From NCBI RefSeq assembly GCF_035084215.1, contig NC_090330.1:102858001-102922000 (forward strand): a stretch of DNA of 64,000 nucleotides, written 5' to 3'. This DNA comes from Heptranchias perlo. Taxonomy: Eukaryota. The notes beneath the pieces were generated by a model. It saw nothing but the letters and a program-made list of their open reading frames with translations, searched no databases and had not been told where the DNA came from. Of the stretch, positions 50,282 to 62,886 are shown in pieces. How positions within the stretch are numbered: position 1 is the stretch's first letter; the number at the start of each line of letters is the position of its first letter. Made by a program: the position numbers and the translations under genes.

Positions 50282-50590
50282 TTACATAAATAGTTACATA
50301 GAATGTATAGCACAGAAACAGGCCATTCGGCCCCACTGGTCCATGTCGGTGTTTAAGCTCCACATGAGCCTCCTTCCAATCCTCTTAGAATCTTTCCACC
50401 CCTCTTAGCCTCCTCCCACCCATCTTGTGTAAAAGAAAACATCTAACTTACTTACTTAATCCTATCTTCTTAGTTTTGAACTCGTATCCCCTGGTATTGG
50501 AACCCTTTACAATAGTGAACCAATTGCCCGGATCAGATTCACCAGACCTTTTCATAATCTTGAAAACTTCAAATATCTCCTATCTCTTCA
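50282..50590 (-). mobile_element. CR1 tail and older CR1 fragment
   Basis: TTACATAGAATGTATAGCACAGAAACAGGCCATTCGGCCC. Confidence 0.65.
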
Positions 50591-50599
50591 ACTCTACCA

Positions 50600-50760
50600 A
50601 AAGCCAAATACTGCGGATGCTGGAAAGCTGAAATAAAAACGGAAAATGCTGGAAATACTCAAAAGTGAGGCAGCATCTGTGGAGAAAGAACCAGAGTTAA
50701 TGTTTCAGGTCAATGACCTTTCTGACCATCGACCTGAAACGTTAACTCTGTTTCTTTCTT
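50600..50760. mobile_element. Penelope-like terminus with inverted partial copy (33-bp hairpin arms)
   Basis: Arms 50683-50715 and 50727-50759 are 30/33 complementary; each includes the GACCTGAAAC(G/A)TTAACTCTG half of the hammerhead. Confidence 0.7.
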
Positions 50761-51081
50761 CTCAATTAGCAAAGTTGCCCTCCCCCCTAGGTTCCCTTAT
50801 TTCCAGCTCAGTTTCCACTCCTTCTCCTCTCAAAGTGCTCTGAGGAGCAATATATGAATGTAAAAAGTTGTTGTTGAGGCCTTAGATCCAGGGAACTTTG
50901 TTCAATGACAGTGCTGTTTGAACAATTTCAGCATACTATGCAAGCGTTCATTTTGAAGCTACAGACATATTTATGTGTGGACTCTATTTTCCTATATTTA
51001 GTTGATTTGTTTGTTCCTGCAGCATTTTCCTCCACTGCTTTGCAGCAGCATAATGGAACGATGTTTATTTGCAGGTACTTA

Positions 51082-51310
51082 GGGGTAGAAATTGGTCCTC
51101 TTTGCACCTGTTTACTGGACGTGAAACACACGCAAAAATAGACCAATTTCGCAGGGCTGTGCCCCAAGGACACCTGAAAAACTTTCAACTCCATATTGGC
51201 CTCCGACGATTTTCAGGGTCTGGCACGGCCACCAGGTGTTAGGCCCCTTCTCTATGTGCTAATGATGTTCCGAAGGCCTGCTTTAGGACCTCTCTGAGAA
51301 ACTGGGCATT
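51082..51310. mobile_element. MITE 5' fragment
   Basis: GGGGTAGAAATTGGTC start; shares its core with the 38227 and 46407 elements. Confidence 0.55.
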
Positions 51311-51349
51311 TTATACTTCAAACTGTCATTTTTTTTAAGGCTTCTGTTT

Positions 51350-51770
51350 GTCAATTTGCTCCCCTTTTTTTCCTTTCTCCTTTCCTGAAGGCCTTGACAT
51401 GTTTATAGTTATTGGGTTGTTTCACAGGCACCAGGACAACCTTTAGTGCATTGCCCAAGTGACTAATGTTTATATGTGAGCCAAGATAGTGAGTATTGAC
51501 CAGCTATTTTACTGTGAATGACATCTCAACCAAACCTGATCTTGTTCTCATCCAAAGTCCACACATGTACTTTCCAGTGTTCCAGCCAAGGTTAGTCGAT
51601 GGTTATTAGGAACAGGGACCCTTCCTGTTGCATTTAGGCTAGTTGAAATACTTCAATTATTGCTTTAACTAAGATCGGCTAAGTCAGCACTGACTGGGAA
51701 ATGAACTTGGGATCTTCTGGTCTGTGTAGCTCAGTTACATGTTGGCTTTGCTAATTGAGGTATCAGGGGA
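51350..51770 (-). mobile_element. Old tRNA-derived SINE (second family), near full length
   Basis: TCCTGAAGGCC...CCCAAGTG...CCACACATGTACTTTCCAG...CTTGGGATCTTCTGGTCTGTGTAGCTCAGT. Confidence 0.6.
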
Positions 51771-51890
51771 GCACAAAATTCTTCTTTCGGTTATTTCTGC
51801 AGTTATTGTACTTTAGAAAATTACTCCTCCACTGATTTGACAAAACTCTGAACATTTTCACACTGTCCTGGTGGGAAGTGATGTAATCAA

Positions 51891-52057
51891 GAAAGAAAGA
51901 ACTTGCATTTATATAGCGCCTTTTATAACCTCAGGACGTTCCAAAGTGCTTTACGGCCAATGAAGTACTTTTGAAGGGTAGGTACTGTTGTAATGTAGGA
52001 AACACGGCAACCAATTTGTGCACAGCAAGATCCCACAAACAGCAATGAAATAAATAA
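51891..52057 (-). mobile_element. DeuSINE 3' fragment
   Basis: ACTTGCATTTATATAGCGCC...CCAATGAAGTACTTTTGAAG...CCCACAAACAGCAATG. Confidence 0.85.
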
Positions 52058-52880
52058 TAGTAAGATATTGCATCACTTCACATGGGTCCAGCTTGATACT
52101 TGATAAAAAAGGAGAATAGAAAAATAAAGATGGAATCTGAAGAAAAACAGGTTAAACCATGATGAGATACATATACCTATTAATCTTAGTCAATGTGAGG
52201 TGCTTATAGTTCCAGTACTACGTGACCTGGGATCCACACTCAACACGAGGGTAAATTTTCTACTCCCGGTGTGATGGCTCACTTGAAGGAGCATCGCTCG
52301 GAGAATCAAGCGAAGAGGTCAACGTGCTCGATTTTTTCCAGTAGGAAATTAGAGGGCACCGTGAATAAGACGCATTGAGCTCCAGGCTTCATTCTGCGAT
52401 CCGCATTCCTGTCAAGGCAAATGAGCGAATGGAGGCTCTGAAACTTATCCGTTGTTGCCAAGTTTCATTTCAGGATAAAAGTGCCATCATTTGAATAACT
52501 TTTTCTTTCTGTTGATATGAATTAAGTTTATTACCAATGAAGCAGAATACCAATATTTTTTTGGACCTGGACATATGGACAACTGACATGATGCAATGTC
52601 ATTATACTAGGCATGATGCTGTGTATTTGTTAGTTGTGTGGAGTGACTGTTCTTTTTGAGGGTGGAACACTCCTGTTAATTTCTGCAAGATGTTCTGTGG
52701 CCATTCGCGATAATGTTTGATTCATTTATCACGAGTTCACCCTCAACATCACACACAGCACGTGCAGAATAATGGATTACCAGGACAGCACAGATATGCA
52801 AACTGTGCGAAACTGCAAATGGGCCAATATGTCTATAAGTAGATTTGCCAATCAAGAGCCTGGGCCCATGGGAGTGAAAT

Positions 52881-52970
52881 GGGGTGAAATTAAACTTTGG
52901 TGGGGGCGCAAAACGGGCACTAACGGATCGGCCGCCATTTTGTGCCTTTGCCGAAGGTGAATTTCACCCC
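52881..52970. mobile_element. 90-bp MITE
   Basis: Perfect 11-bp TIR GGGGTGAAATT / AATTTCACCCC. Confidence 0.7.
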
Positions 52971-53644
52971 ATGGTGTTTTGTACTCCATCAGCGAATGAC
53001 CGTTATTCTCTACGATATTTTAACAACTTTTTCCCTTGCTTTTCTGTCGGAAAAATAACTAGTTTTGTGTCAGGCTAATTTCACCAAATCGGTAAGGAGA
53101 CTATGGAAATGAAGAATAGTGGATGTTACCAAAAAAATAATCCCTGTCGTCTGAAGTCAGAATATGCAGATTACATAAAACATAAGTAGCAGTATGTTTG
53201 GATGATATCATAAACTGTGAGAGTGACAGTCAAATGGCTGACATAGTCATCTGGACCTCACTGATTTGGTACAGCCTTTGCTGCACTCCCAAATATTGTT
53301 ATTTTTTTTAATGTAGAGACACTATTTAAACTTTTGCATGTTACAAACTCTTCCATTGGGTGTCAAAGCTTCCATCATTGCTGGTACTACACACACTAAG
53401 TTTTCTCGGATGCTCTGTTCATGTACCAGGGTGTTTTACAACATTACTGTACCTGGCCTCTGTTCATATGGGGTCAGCCGTCAGGAATCAGGAGAAGTAA
53501 TGCACTTTGTTTTACAAAGGTCTAAACTCCTGTGTATATTACGTAAAGACTAACATAGTCAGGATAAATAACAGGAATGTTTGTGGTAAGAATTAGTTTG
53601 GCCTAGGTGTGTGCACTGATTACTACAGGGATTGTAGTATCTGG

Positions 53645-54195
53645 AGGAGCAATTTTAACTCCCAGCAGAAACGGGGCGGCAATGGAGTTAAAATGGAGGT
53701 GGTCGACCACTGCTCTGCCTCCATTTCAACTCAGGCCTTTCGGTGGGAGCCTGACTAATCGATACAAATCGGGGTCCTATGATCTACATATGATCCCCGA
53801 CGGAATTTTAGAGAGAGTACTGGGTGGAGCGTTGACCACAGACGCTCCACTCCGTAAAACTTGGCGATCAAGAGGGCGAGTCCCCAAAAAGGCAAGTCTA
53901 AAATTATTTTTGTAGGGCCAGGAATGAGCAGGAGTGCTCCACGATTAAAATGGGCTGCTGTCGCCTCGGCTTCCCCCAGGATCACTCGCCCCTCACTCAC
54001 CCACCCCCTCCCTCCCCACCCCCCCTGCCGGATCTATCTTCCTGCTGGCTGATGTTGCATTGGCCTAGATCCATGGAGCTACACGAGGAAACCTGTTCAG
54101 GGGATGCAGCTTGCCCATGGCATGTTAATCAGGCCCTGCCCTCAAAATGGATTCCTGCAGGAGGGATCGGGTGGCCGCCCAACAGTTAAAATCAC
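53645..54195. mobile_element. Harbinger-like non-autonomous element
   Basis: GCAATTTTAACT ... AGTTAAAATCACC ends; shared CAAATCGGGGTCCTATGA and GGAGCAGGAGTGCTCC-type blocks. Confidence 0.5.
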
Positions 54196-54270
54196 CATTT
54201 ATCTGTTTAAAGATACAACTTTTAGGAAATGTACGTGCTATGATAGGATGGTAGATGTTTTCTAAGTGTA

Positions 54271-54570
54271 AGAAAGAGAGACTTGCATTTATATAGTGTC
54301 TTTCACGTCCTCAGGGACTCCCAAAGCACTTTACAGGCAGTGAAGTACTTTTGAAATGTCATCACTATTGTTGTGTGGGCAAAAGCAGCAGCCAATTTGT
54401 GCACAGCAAGGTCCCATAAACAGTAATGAGATAAATGACCAGATAATCTGTTTATTGGCAGTGTTGGTTGCAGGAGAAATGTTGACCAGGATATCAGGAG
54501 AACTCACTACTCTTCAAATAATGATATAGGATGTTTTGCATCCTAAACAGGCAGATGGCGCGAGGTTTAT
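54271..54570 (-). mobile_element. DeuSINE 3' half
   Basis: GACTTGCATTTATATAG...GCAGCCAATTTGTGCACAGCAAG...GACCAGATAATCTGTTT. Confidence 0.85.
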
Positions 54571-54742
54571 ATAAGGAATACATCAAAAGAAAAAGTAGAG
54601 AAACATGAATATTTAAACTCAGACGCCTAAGATCCAGTATTGGACATCCTATTGAAACCTTATTGCTAACCTGCTTTATACTCAGACTCAGTTGTACAAA
54701 TAATTCTTAAAGACATTTCATTAACTCTTTTTTCCTTTTTAG

Positions 54743-54915
54743 GGCTGGAGCTCCCCTTCATGATGATGCCCCATCCACTTATCCCTGTCAGCCTACCTCC
54801 AGCGTCAGTCACCATGGCAATGAGCCAGATGAACCACCTTACCACTATCGCTAATATGGCAGCTGCAGCCCAAGTACAAAGCCCTCCCTCCAGAATGGAA
54901 ACCTCAGTTATTAAG
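54743..54915 (+). CDS. DACH1: Dachshund homolog 1 coding exon (173 nt, phase 1-0)
   Basis: Acceptor ttttttcctttttag, donor gtaaat; (G)LELPFMMMPHPLIPVSLPPASVTMAMSQMNHLTTIANMAAAAQVQSPPSRMETSVIK has DACH1-type residues (LIPV, VTMAMSQ, QVQSPPSR) rather than DACH2. Confidence 0.97.
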
Positions 54916-55269
54916 GTAAATGAGCTCTAGCGCTGCAGTTGATTAATCACATCGACAGTGCCGACCCTATGTATTAAAAGGGTGTTGTCATACTGTTCTT
55001 GAAAGATAATAGCAAGATCTTAGAATAGGCTAAGCTATTACTAAAAGCAGTCCAAGCCGGCAGCAAGTAATGAAAATTCTGTGATTTTTATATATTTTTA
55101 ACTGTTTAAAAAGGTTGGTTATTAAGGATATATTTTCCACTATTAGCTAATTTTAGCAAAAACAAGTAGACGCAGGTAAATTTTTCCACTTTAATACCCA
55201 TTTCTACTTTTTTTTTACTAACTTCAGCAAACGGCAGAAGATTTACCCTTAGGTCTCTAAAGGTTGCCA

Positions 55270-55740
55270 CTGTGGTGGCTCTATGAGTTTACTTAACGAG
55301 TAGCTGAGCCCTGAGAACCAGGAAAACCCCAGCTTTCATCCACATTCCGTGCTAAGTTTGCTGATCTCAGTTAAGGTGCAAATGGCGCACTGCTCCTGGT
55401 TCAGGAGTGGGGAAAATTGCCCTCGACTCCTGCTCCTGGTTACAATCCTTGTTGGATGTGTAAGTACGTGAACGTTGGGTGAGTTCAGGATTGAGATTAG
55501 ATACGATGCCCGTAGTTAAGTAGTCGGCTTATGCCTTGAAATTCTGTTGGAATTCTATCAACCTCCTGCCACAACTCCTTTGGGAGACTGGCTGAACCGT
55601 CCAGGGAAATGCCACAAATAGCTGAAAACGGCCATTAATGCCACTCCCCTAGATATTCCGCCGGTCTCCCAGTGGAGCTAGGCTGGGAGAACAGTAGAGT
55701 GAGTGGCATCATTTCAGGAGCGGAGGGAAGAAAATTGGCA
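55270..55740 (+). mobile_element. Old tRNA-derived SINE interrupted by a palindromic MITE (~55530-55700)
   Basis: GGTGGCTCTATG...CCAGGAAAACCCCAG...GTGCTAAGTTTGCTGATCTCAG; resumes TTCAGGAGCGGAGGGAAGAAAATTGG. Confidence 0.5.
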
Positions 55741-55789
55741 GTTAAAGGAAAACAAAATCTAAAGGTCGTGCTTAAACATCAAAAATAAT

Positions 55790-55890
55790 GAAATAAAAAC
55801 AGAAAATGCTGGCAAACTCTCAGCAGGTCAGGCAGCAGCTGTGGAGAGAGAAGCAGAGTTAATGTTGGAGGCCGATGATCATTCATCAGA
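55790..55890 (-). mobile_element. Penelope-like terminus with decayed hammerhead
   Basis: AAATAAAAACAGAAAATGCTGG...CAGAGTTAATGTT...TTCATCAGA; minus strand retains CTGATGA. Confidence 0.6.
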
Positions 55891-56049
55891 TATAATGATA
55901 TTGGAAAGATGCTGACCAAGTCACTGTCTAGCGGCGTTGAGAATAGGCTTGAGTTCTTTTTTTACGTTCGGGAATTTCCGATTTGTAAGCTAGCAATTAC
56001 TGAGTGTAGATGCAAAGTACCCTGATGGCAGTGGTCTCTTAAAGTTGTT

Positions 56050-56303
56050 GGGGGAGAAATTCAGGACCGGCCATTATTGGGTGACCCCCCCCCAAAACTA
56101 ATCTTGCAATAGGGACCCACAGCGAGCGTCTAACCCCTTATTTGAACATGCAAACAGCCTAACGCCTGCTTCAGGCATGGGTAAAGGATGCCTCTTATTT
56201 GTCCTTACCAATATGGTGGGCGGCACAATTCCGGTCATTTTGGGGCCTTAGGTGGCTGTGTAGCGCCTGAAAAACGGGCCCTACTCAGCCCAATTTAACT
56301 CCC
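56050..56303. mobile_element. Harbinger-like MITE
   Basis: GGGGAGAAATT ... AATTTAACTCCC ends. Confidence 0.5.
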
Positions 56304-57046
56304 AGTGTATACTTCGGTAGAAGAGCTATTGTAGAATCATAGCATTTAGATAGAGGCTTTATATTCTTCAGGTCAGATTCCTGAAGCTGAATTCCATTGC
56401 CGGATACAAACTGCCATCCATGTCACCCCCCCACCCCAACCCCTTAACTTGCCACCAGATCACTGCTGTCCATTTCCATACTAATCACTCGATTACATTT
56501 AAAATTAGCTTGAGTGTAAAATAAGGGGTGAATTTTCAGCAGCTGTGCTCCAGTGTTGTGCTTTATTCCATTGGAGCGGAGAGCCAGACACGTGGGCCCG
56601 TGCACCCGATTCAGGGTGCTCCGGATTAGATCGAAAGTGCAGCGAATTGGGCACACTGACCTCTGCACTCGAGTCTCTGACCCATCCTCTGGTTAAGTGG
56701 AGGCTCCATGTTTGATGTCAGTACGCAAAAATGTCCCTTTAAATGTAATCCAATGCACACTAAAGTTACACTGCAACATCTTGTGTCATAGGTATGTAGG
56801 GTGTGCGTGAGATGAGAAATATCATTGTGTAGCATTGTATAATATATAAATACACAGTGACTAATGATGGGTTTGTTCCACATGTGAGTAAGACCTTCAT
56901 ATCCCATATGAGTTTGTCACTTATGATTTATGAGGCCTTTAATACTTCCAGAATAAACTGTGTTAATTCACTGTAGAGCAGAAGTGTAGTGCTGCTGCAC
57001 TGCTCTCGGCTTAATAAAAAAATGACGAGGATCGGTTCATAACCAA

Positions 57047-57721
57047 GGGGTCGATTTTAACCCTACCTGTTGGGCGCAAACCTGGTGGGAGGGAGCAGGC
57101 AGGTAAGGTGACCTACTGGCCGATGTCCCACCCAATTTTAACCTGCTCTTCTGAGCAGGCGACAAACCCGCCCGCCCGAGCCTGGTGGGGTCTTTCTTTA
57201 AATATGTGGCTCGGAGTCCGATGACGTCATCGTGCCCCGACCGCGATTCTAACTCCGACCTCAGCTTGGAAGTCACTGCGGCTTTCCCGCCAGGTAAAGT
57301 TAAGCGAGAAGAGGATCGGAAGCAGACGAGGCCGTTCCAGATAAGGTTTCACTTTCCTTTGCGGGGCCAAGAGGAGTGGGAGTGCTGCGCCAGGCCACAG
57401 AAGGAGAATGTAGGCCTCTGTTGCCACAGACTTTCCGCCCCCCCACCCCCCACCCCACTTCTGTAACCCCCCCTCCCCAAACACGGTCCTCACACTCACT
57501 TGAGTGCTGGAGGTTGGCAAAGGTCCGCTGAATTTCCGCAGGCCGACAGTCCCTTTCTGCCCACTTCCCATCTACCCTTGGCAGGAAATGGCCTGGCGGC
57601 ACGCTAATGAGGCCCAGTGGTTAAAATTGTCGTGGCCTCATTTTGCCACGGGTAGGCGATAATCTGACTGAACCAGCGATTTCCCGCTGCAAACTTAGTG
57701 GCAGTTAAAATCCGACACCCC
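57047..57721. mobile_element. Harbinger-like non-autonomous element
   Basis: GGGGTCGATTTTAAC / GTTAAAATCCGACACCCC imperfect TIRs; GC-rich interior. Confidence 0.65.
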
Positions 57722-58140
57722 ACCTCCTCAAACAATTTGGCATAAAATAGCACCAAATGTGTCATCTCTCTTAAGTGTGCCGGCCAAAACCTGAGTTGAA
57801 GGATATCCCTATGATATCGTGAATGGTAAATTCCTCTTCTCAGGTGTGCTGTCTTACAGGGATGTGTCTCTGCACAAAGAAAGAACTAAAATGAGAGGAT
57901 TAGCCTACTCCATACTAGTGCCACCTGGTCAGAAAGGAGAAATGAGGGAGGCCTGGAAACAGGTCGTCTCACTGTCTTCTTTATCAGGAAATGATAGTGG
58001 GCCTTACTGTTAGGGAAAACGGACATTTAAAATACGGTGAGTGAAGAAACAAATATGTATGTATAAATCATACGTGCAAAATCAATATTTATTTTTGGGC
58101 AAAAAATCCCACATGTTGCTGAAGCTACAGTACTTTGTGT

Positions 58141-58895
58141 ATCATAGAATTATAGAATCATGGAAAGCTAAGGCACAGAAGGAGGCCATTCGGCCCATCG
58201 TGTCCTTGCTGGCCGTAAGAGAGCTATCCAGCTTAATCCCACTTTCCAGCACTTGGTCCATAACCCTGTAGGTAACGGTACTTCAATCCAAGTACTTCTT
58301 AAATGAGTTGAGGGTTTCTGCCATTACCATCCTTTCAGGCAGTGAGTTCCAGATCCCCACCATCCTCTGGGTGAAAAAAATTCTCCTCAGCTCCCCTCTA
58401 ATCCTTCTACCAATTACTTTAAGTCTATAACCCCTGGTCACTGACCCCCCCTGCTAAGGGAAATAGGTCCTCCTTATCCATTCTATCTAGTCCCGTCATA
58501 ATTTTACACACCTCAGTTAAATCTCCCCTCAGCCTCCTTTGTTCCAAAGAAAACAACCCCAGCCTATCCAATCTTTTCTCATAGCTAAAACTCTCCAGCC
58601 CTGGCAACATCCTCATAAATCTCCTCCGTACCCTCTCTCGTGCAATCACATCTTTCCTGTAATGTGGTGACCAGAACTGTTCGCAGTACTCAACCTGTGG
58701 CCTAACCAATGTTTTAAACATTTCCAGAATAACCTCCCTGCTCTTATATTCTATGCCTCGGCTAATAAAGGAAAGTATCCCGTATGCCTTTTTAACCACC
58801 TTATCTACCTGTCCTGCTACCTTCAGGGATCTGTGGACCTGCACTCCAAGGTCCCTCTGTTCCTCTACACCTCTCAGTATCCTCCCATTTATTGT
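58141..58895 (-). mobile_element. CR1 3' end
   Basis: Minus ORF 58425-58844 KKAYGILSFISRGIEYKS...LVRPQVEYC...LFSLEQRRLRGDL; tail ATCATAGAATTATAGAATCAT. Confidence 0.94.
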
Positions 58896-59335
58896 GTTAT
58901 CAAAGCCTGGATTGTCACCAGGTTAAATTCAACAGCTACACTGTTTCTGATATTCTCTACATATCCTGTTCCATACATCTCATTGTTGATTTTAAAATGT
59001 TTATTTACATTAGATTTCAAGCTTGGGTGAGGTGTATTAATAGAGTTAAAGTGCTATTTGCATAAAATCACAGTGTTCAAAACAATTTTGTATAGGCATG
59101 TTGTTTTTTTGTATTTATTTTATTACTGACTTTTAAAAAGTGAATTGAACATTTTGCATACTGAACACTGAGGAAGATTAAGTGCCCTCAACTCAAGCAC
59201 TTACTACTCAATCTAGAAATAAGGGCAACTACCAATAATCTAAACAAGGGTTTTCGTTTTATTACTTCTTGTTCTCAGTTTTCTTCCTTCCCTCCTGAAG
59301 TCACCGACACACACTCATTGATGGACATAGACAGT

Positions 59336-59727
59336 GGGGACGATCTTAACTAGCCAATATCAGCATTAATGGGACAATAACGGCCTCAAAATGGGGTAAA
59401 TGGACTGATGGACCTATGGCCATATTATATTAAAACCCAGTGGGTTTCAGGCAGGAGCGGAGCGAGTGCAAAAATGCACTCCCAGGCCTAAGTGTGAGGC
59501 TGGAGGCCGCTGGCCAGCACCAAGGACAATCTCGCCAGCAAGTGGGCAAGTTGCGGGGAGGGTGTCTTGGGTCTCAGGAGAGGGGAGGCTTCGACTGCGC
59601 TTTGTGAGCATTTAAGATGGTGGACAGCGCATTTCCAGCGGGAACCAGGCAGCAAGGCTGAACTCTTCATTTTAAAGGCCCCCTGACTTATTCCCACTGG
59701 GCGGGGTGGGTTAAAATGCATCCCCCC
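59336..59727. mobile_element. Harbinger-like element nested in an old SINE (59270-59960)
   Basis: GGGGACGATCTTAAC / GTTAAAATGCATCCCC ends; SINE blocks on both sides. Confidence 0.5.
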
Positions 59728-61179
59728 CACCCCCAAGTGAGTCTGCGGGCTATTCACCATGAGGGAGATCACAGCGCAGTCTGATCTTGTCCGATGGCCG
59801 CGTGTGCGAGGAACAGAAAGCTAACTGAATTCTTCTCCCTGATCCAGGTGCTCCTTACCAATGTCCCAGATTAGCTAACTCAGCACAAATCTTGGACCGT
59901 CCTGATCCGAGTGGCATGGCTACTCACTGCCGAAACTACCTGAGATATTTGGGAGGCCGTTTACCATTTTTATTACTGTCAGGAGCTTTTTATTAATATT
60001 AAATACTTTAAAAAAATATTTTGATTAACAGCGAATAAGTCATTGGATAGCAAACTCAAATAGTTTTGAATTGGTTTCTGGATTTGCTGTCTTCACTCCT
60101 GCTTTAGTGTGATGTGCTGTAATAGCACCGTTTTTCTCCTGAAAGCGCCAGAGAGAGCTGTCACCCCTTGTCTAAGTGAGATACACATAAGATGTCATTC
60201 TGTCTGTGGAAATGTGTAGATATACAGGATGGTTGGAAGTCACTGAATTGCAGAAAGGCAGCTACAAGCTGGCATGGCAAATTGTGGCAGCTACAAACTG
60301 CGACGAATGTGACAGCTGTGACCTGAAAAAGGGCTTCGCAAGAAGTGCCTTTCAACACCAGTCCGCAGCGATCCAGCAGTCAGGCTTGTTAACAGGACCG
60401 AACGTTGGGATTTTCCTGCATCAAATACTTTGTTCCTTTTAAGCAAGGATTTCATTCTTTTGGGAGTCATGTCAGTGGGACTGGAGGGTGGGTGGGGGGC
60501 TTTAATGGAAAGGATCTGTTTCCAGTTGACCAATTGCTTTTAACTGACCTCAAGGTGCTTTTATATACTTGCTTTGGGAAAGCAACCTCCATGTGCAGCT
60601 CTTGCATTTTTGCAATCGGCCTCTTTAGGTGGCTGGGCTTTACTTTTATATGGAGCATGAAGCTAGCTCTCGACACTTACGTGACTAAAACTACCTCCCT
60701 TAACTCAAAGTCAGAATTGGAAACCTACATTTCTGTAGGATGGTTACACTATGGTGTGCAGCCCTTGGAGGGAGACCCATACTTTGGCAGTTGCTTGTAC
60801 TAAGGGGTAATTTTACAAGTTTGTGCTCCCTCAATGAATGGAATATCTGGCAGATCCTTTGGCGTCTGTTGGTCTCCACACCTGAATTCCCTGGTCTCCA
60901 CACCCAAATTTCCAATTTGTGTTGCTAGAATGGATAAACTCTATACTGGGAGCACAAATTTGTAAAATGCACCCTCTACAGTGTAAAAGCAATGCAGATT
61001 GGAGGCTGAGGCAACTATTTTGGTCTAAATTTAGGGGACGGGATGGGAGAGGACAGGATGGGGCAAAGAGAGGTGAAGGCCCTGCTTACTAGTGATCGTA
61101 TTGGTTGGGGTCTTTGCCCATCATGGTCAGTGGGTCGATTGCTATGCTTGGGGAGGAGGGGGAAGAAGAGGCATTTTGT

Positions 61180-62090
61180 GCTGAGGGACCCTCCAAGAAT
61201 AGTCCCCAATCTGCTTTGGATTTCTCCATTTCCAGGTGGATATTACTCTTTGTGATTGAGATATGTCCCATATATGCTCCAGCCACATATTTGTTGAGGG
61301 GAAAGCTGCACTTGCCACAGAGAAGGGCGTACCTTATAACTAGTAGTTAGAGTCTGCTAGCTTGCACATTTGGAGGGTGTCCTCATTCCGCTTTCTAGAT
61401 AGGTCCTCGAGTATTGCAAGACTGGTTATGGTCCTTCTACCTTAAGAACTGCTGGCCAGAATGATTGAATACGGGGGCATGTCCAGAATATATGTAGGAG
61501 GTGGTCAGAAACTCTGCAGCACTTTAATTACATAGAATGTACAGCACAGAAACAGGCCATTCAGCCCAACTGGCCCATGCCGGTGTTTATGCTCCACACA
61601 CGCCTCCTCCCGCTCCTCTTTACCTAAGCCTATCAGAATAACCTTCTATTTCTTTCTCCCTCATGCGTTTGTCTAGCTTTAAATGCATCTATGCTATTCG
61701 CTTCAACTACTCCTTGTGGTATATATAGGAATTACCTTTGTGGAGATTATGTCGAATGTGGTATGTGCAATATATGACCTTGAGTTGATCTTCATGAATT
61801 TTGCTGCAGATGGTAGTATTCAGAGTCTGTCTCCATACCTCTTGCCAATCCTCCTTCCATAATGGATAAAAAGAATTGATAAACCGAAGTGAAGAGCCAA
61901 GGTCACAGGGCAGGATACCATCATAGGTTGAAAAGAGAAAATAAGGTGAATCAGGAAGAGATTGATTAGTTGTCGCTAAGCTTGGATTTATAAAAACAAA
62001 AAGGAACTTCAGGATATAGAAGGAAGGAAAGAGTAAGGAGTTTTGAGATCCCTGGGAAAGAATGAGTGAGAGTATGAGACAGGCCAATCA
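61180..62090 (-). mobile_element. L1-clade LINE ORF2 C-terminal relic, interrupted by a CR1 tail
   Basis: Minus strand WQEVW...CSKIHEDQLKVIYCTY...LHK, then (after the insert) HLLHIFWTCPRIQSFW zinc-knuckle motif, then PSTNMWLEHIW...WGLFL. Confidence 0.7.
61527..61712 (-). mobile_element. CR1 tail inserted in the L1 relic
   Basis: ATTACATAGAATGTACAGCACAGAAACAGGCCATTCAGCCCAAC; reverse complement of 47678-47870. Confidence 0.8.
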
Positions 62091-62886
62091 CTCTTTATGG
62101 TAAAGTCATGTTCCAAAAAGCAATCTATGACTGTTAACAGATTAGGCTCTGACAATAATGTAACTATCATGGATTTTATTTTCTTTTGATATGCACAACC
62201 TTTGAGAGCAATTGCGTAACCTCACCAGCTCATGGAGAATTGCAAATATATTTGAGATCCCAAGTATTTACATATGAGGATTTTATTGTGGACTGTATAT
62301 ATAAATATAAAATAGCAGATATGTAAAGGAGAGAACAACTGGCCAGTTATACTGGACAGTTTGTATTGATTTGCACTTTTAACTCAGGAGTGAAGTTGGC
62401 CAGATCAAATTCTGGCAATCCCTGCGAGCCACTTTGAAGAGGTCGCCTCACGCTCTTTTGCCTTCGCTTCACCTATAATCTAAATGTAACTGGTACCAAG
62501 TAGCTCTTTGTGACAATGACAATTTAAATGGCATTTGGGCACCAATACAGAGGGCTCTGCGGATTGCAGAGTGTTCGGCTTAGCCTGCAGAAACTGCGGT
62601 ATTTTTCAGCACTACGAGCTCCAAAGTGGCACCTGCAGTATAACACTATCAGGTTCTAATCCAATCTAATGATTTAATTGCTGTTCACAACTTGCTTCAG
62701 GTTTGATGTCATCTGAACCCCATGATTGAATTTAGTTCCTCGCGTGGGTCTACTACTTATATATTTTTCTTGCTATTCTCTCGCATCAATCGCTCCCTGT
62801 TTCAGATCTTGAGTTTTCTAGTTCTCGTGGAACGTACATGTCATTCACCGTGTCCTTGTTTACACCTCTGCTGCTGTCATTTGTAG

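Noticed and set aside
60405-60928. 132-aa and overlapping ORFs as a nested gene
   Set aside because: Non-ATG starts, no recognisable domain or splice structure; next to a LINE relic
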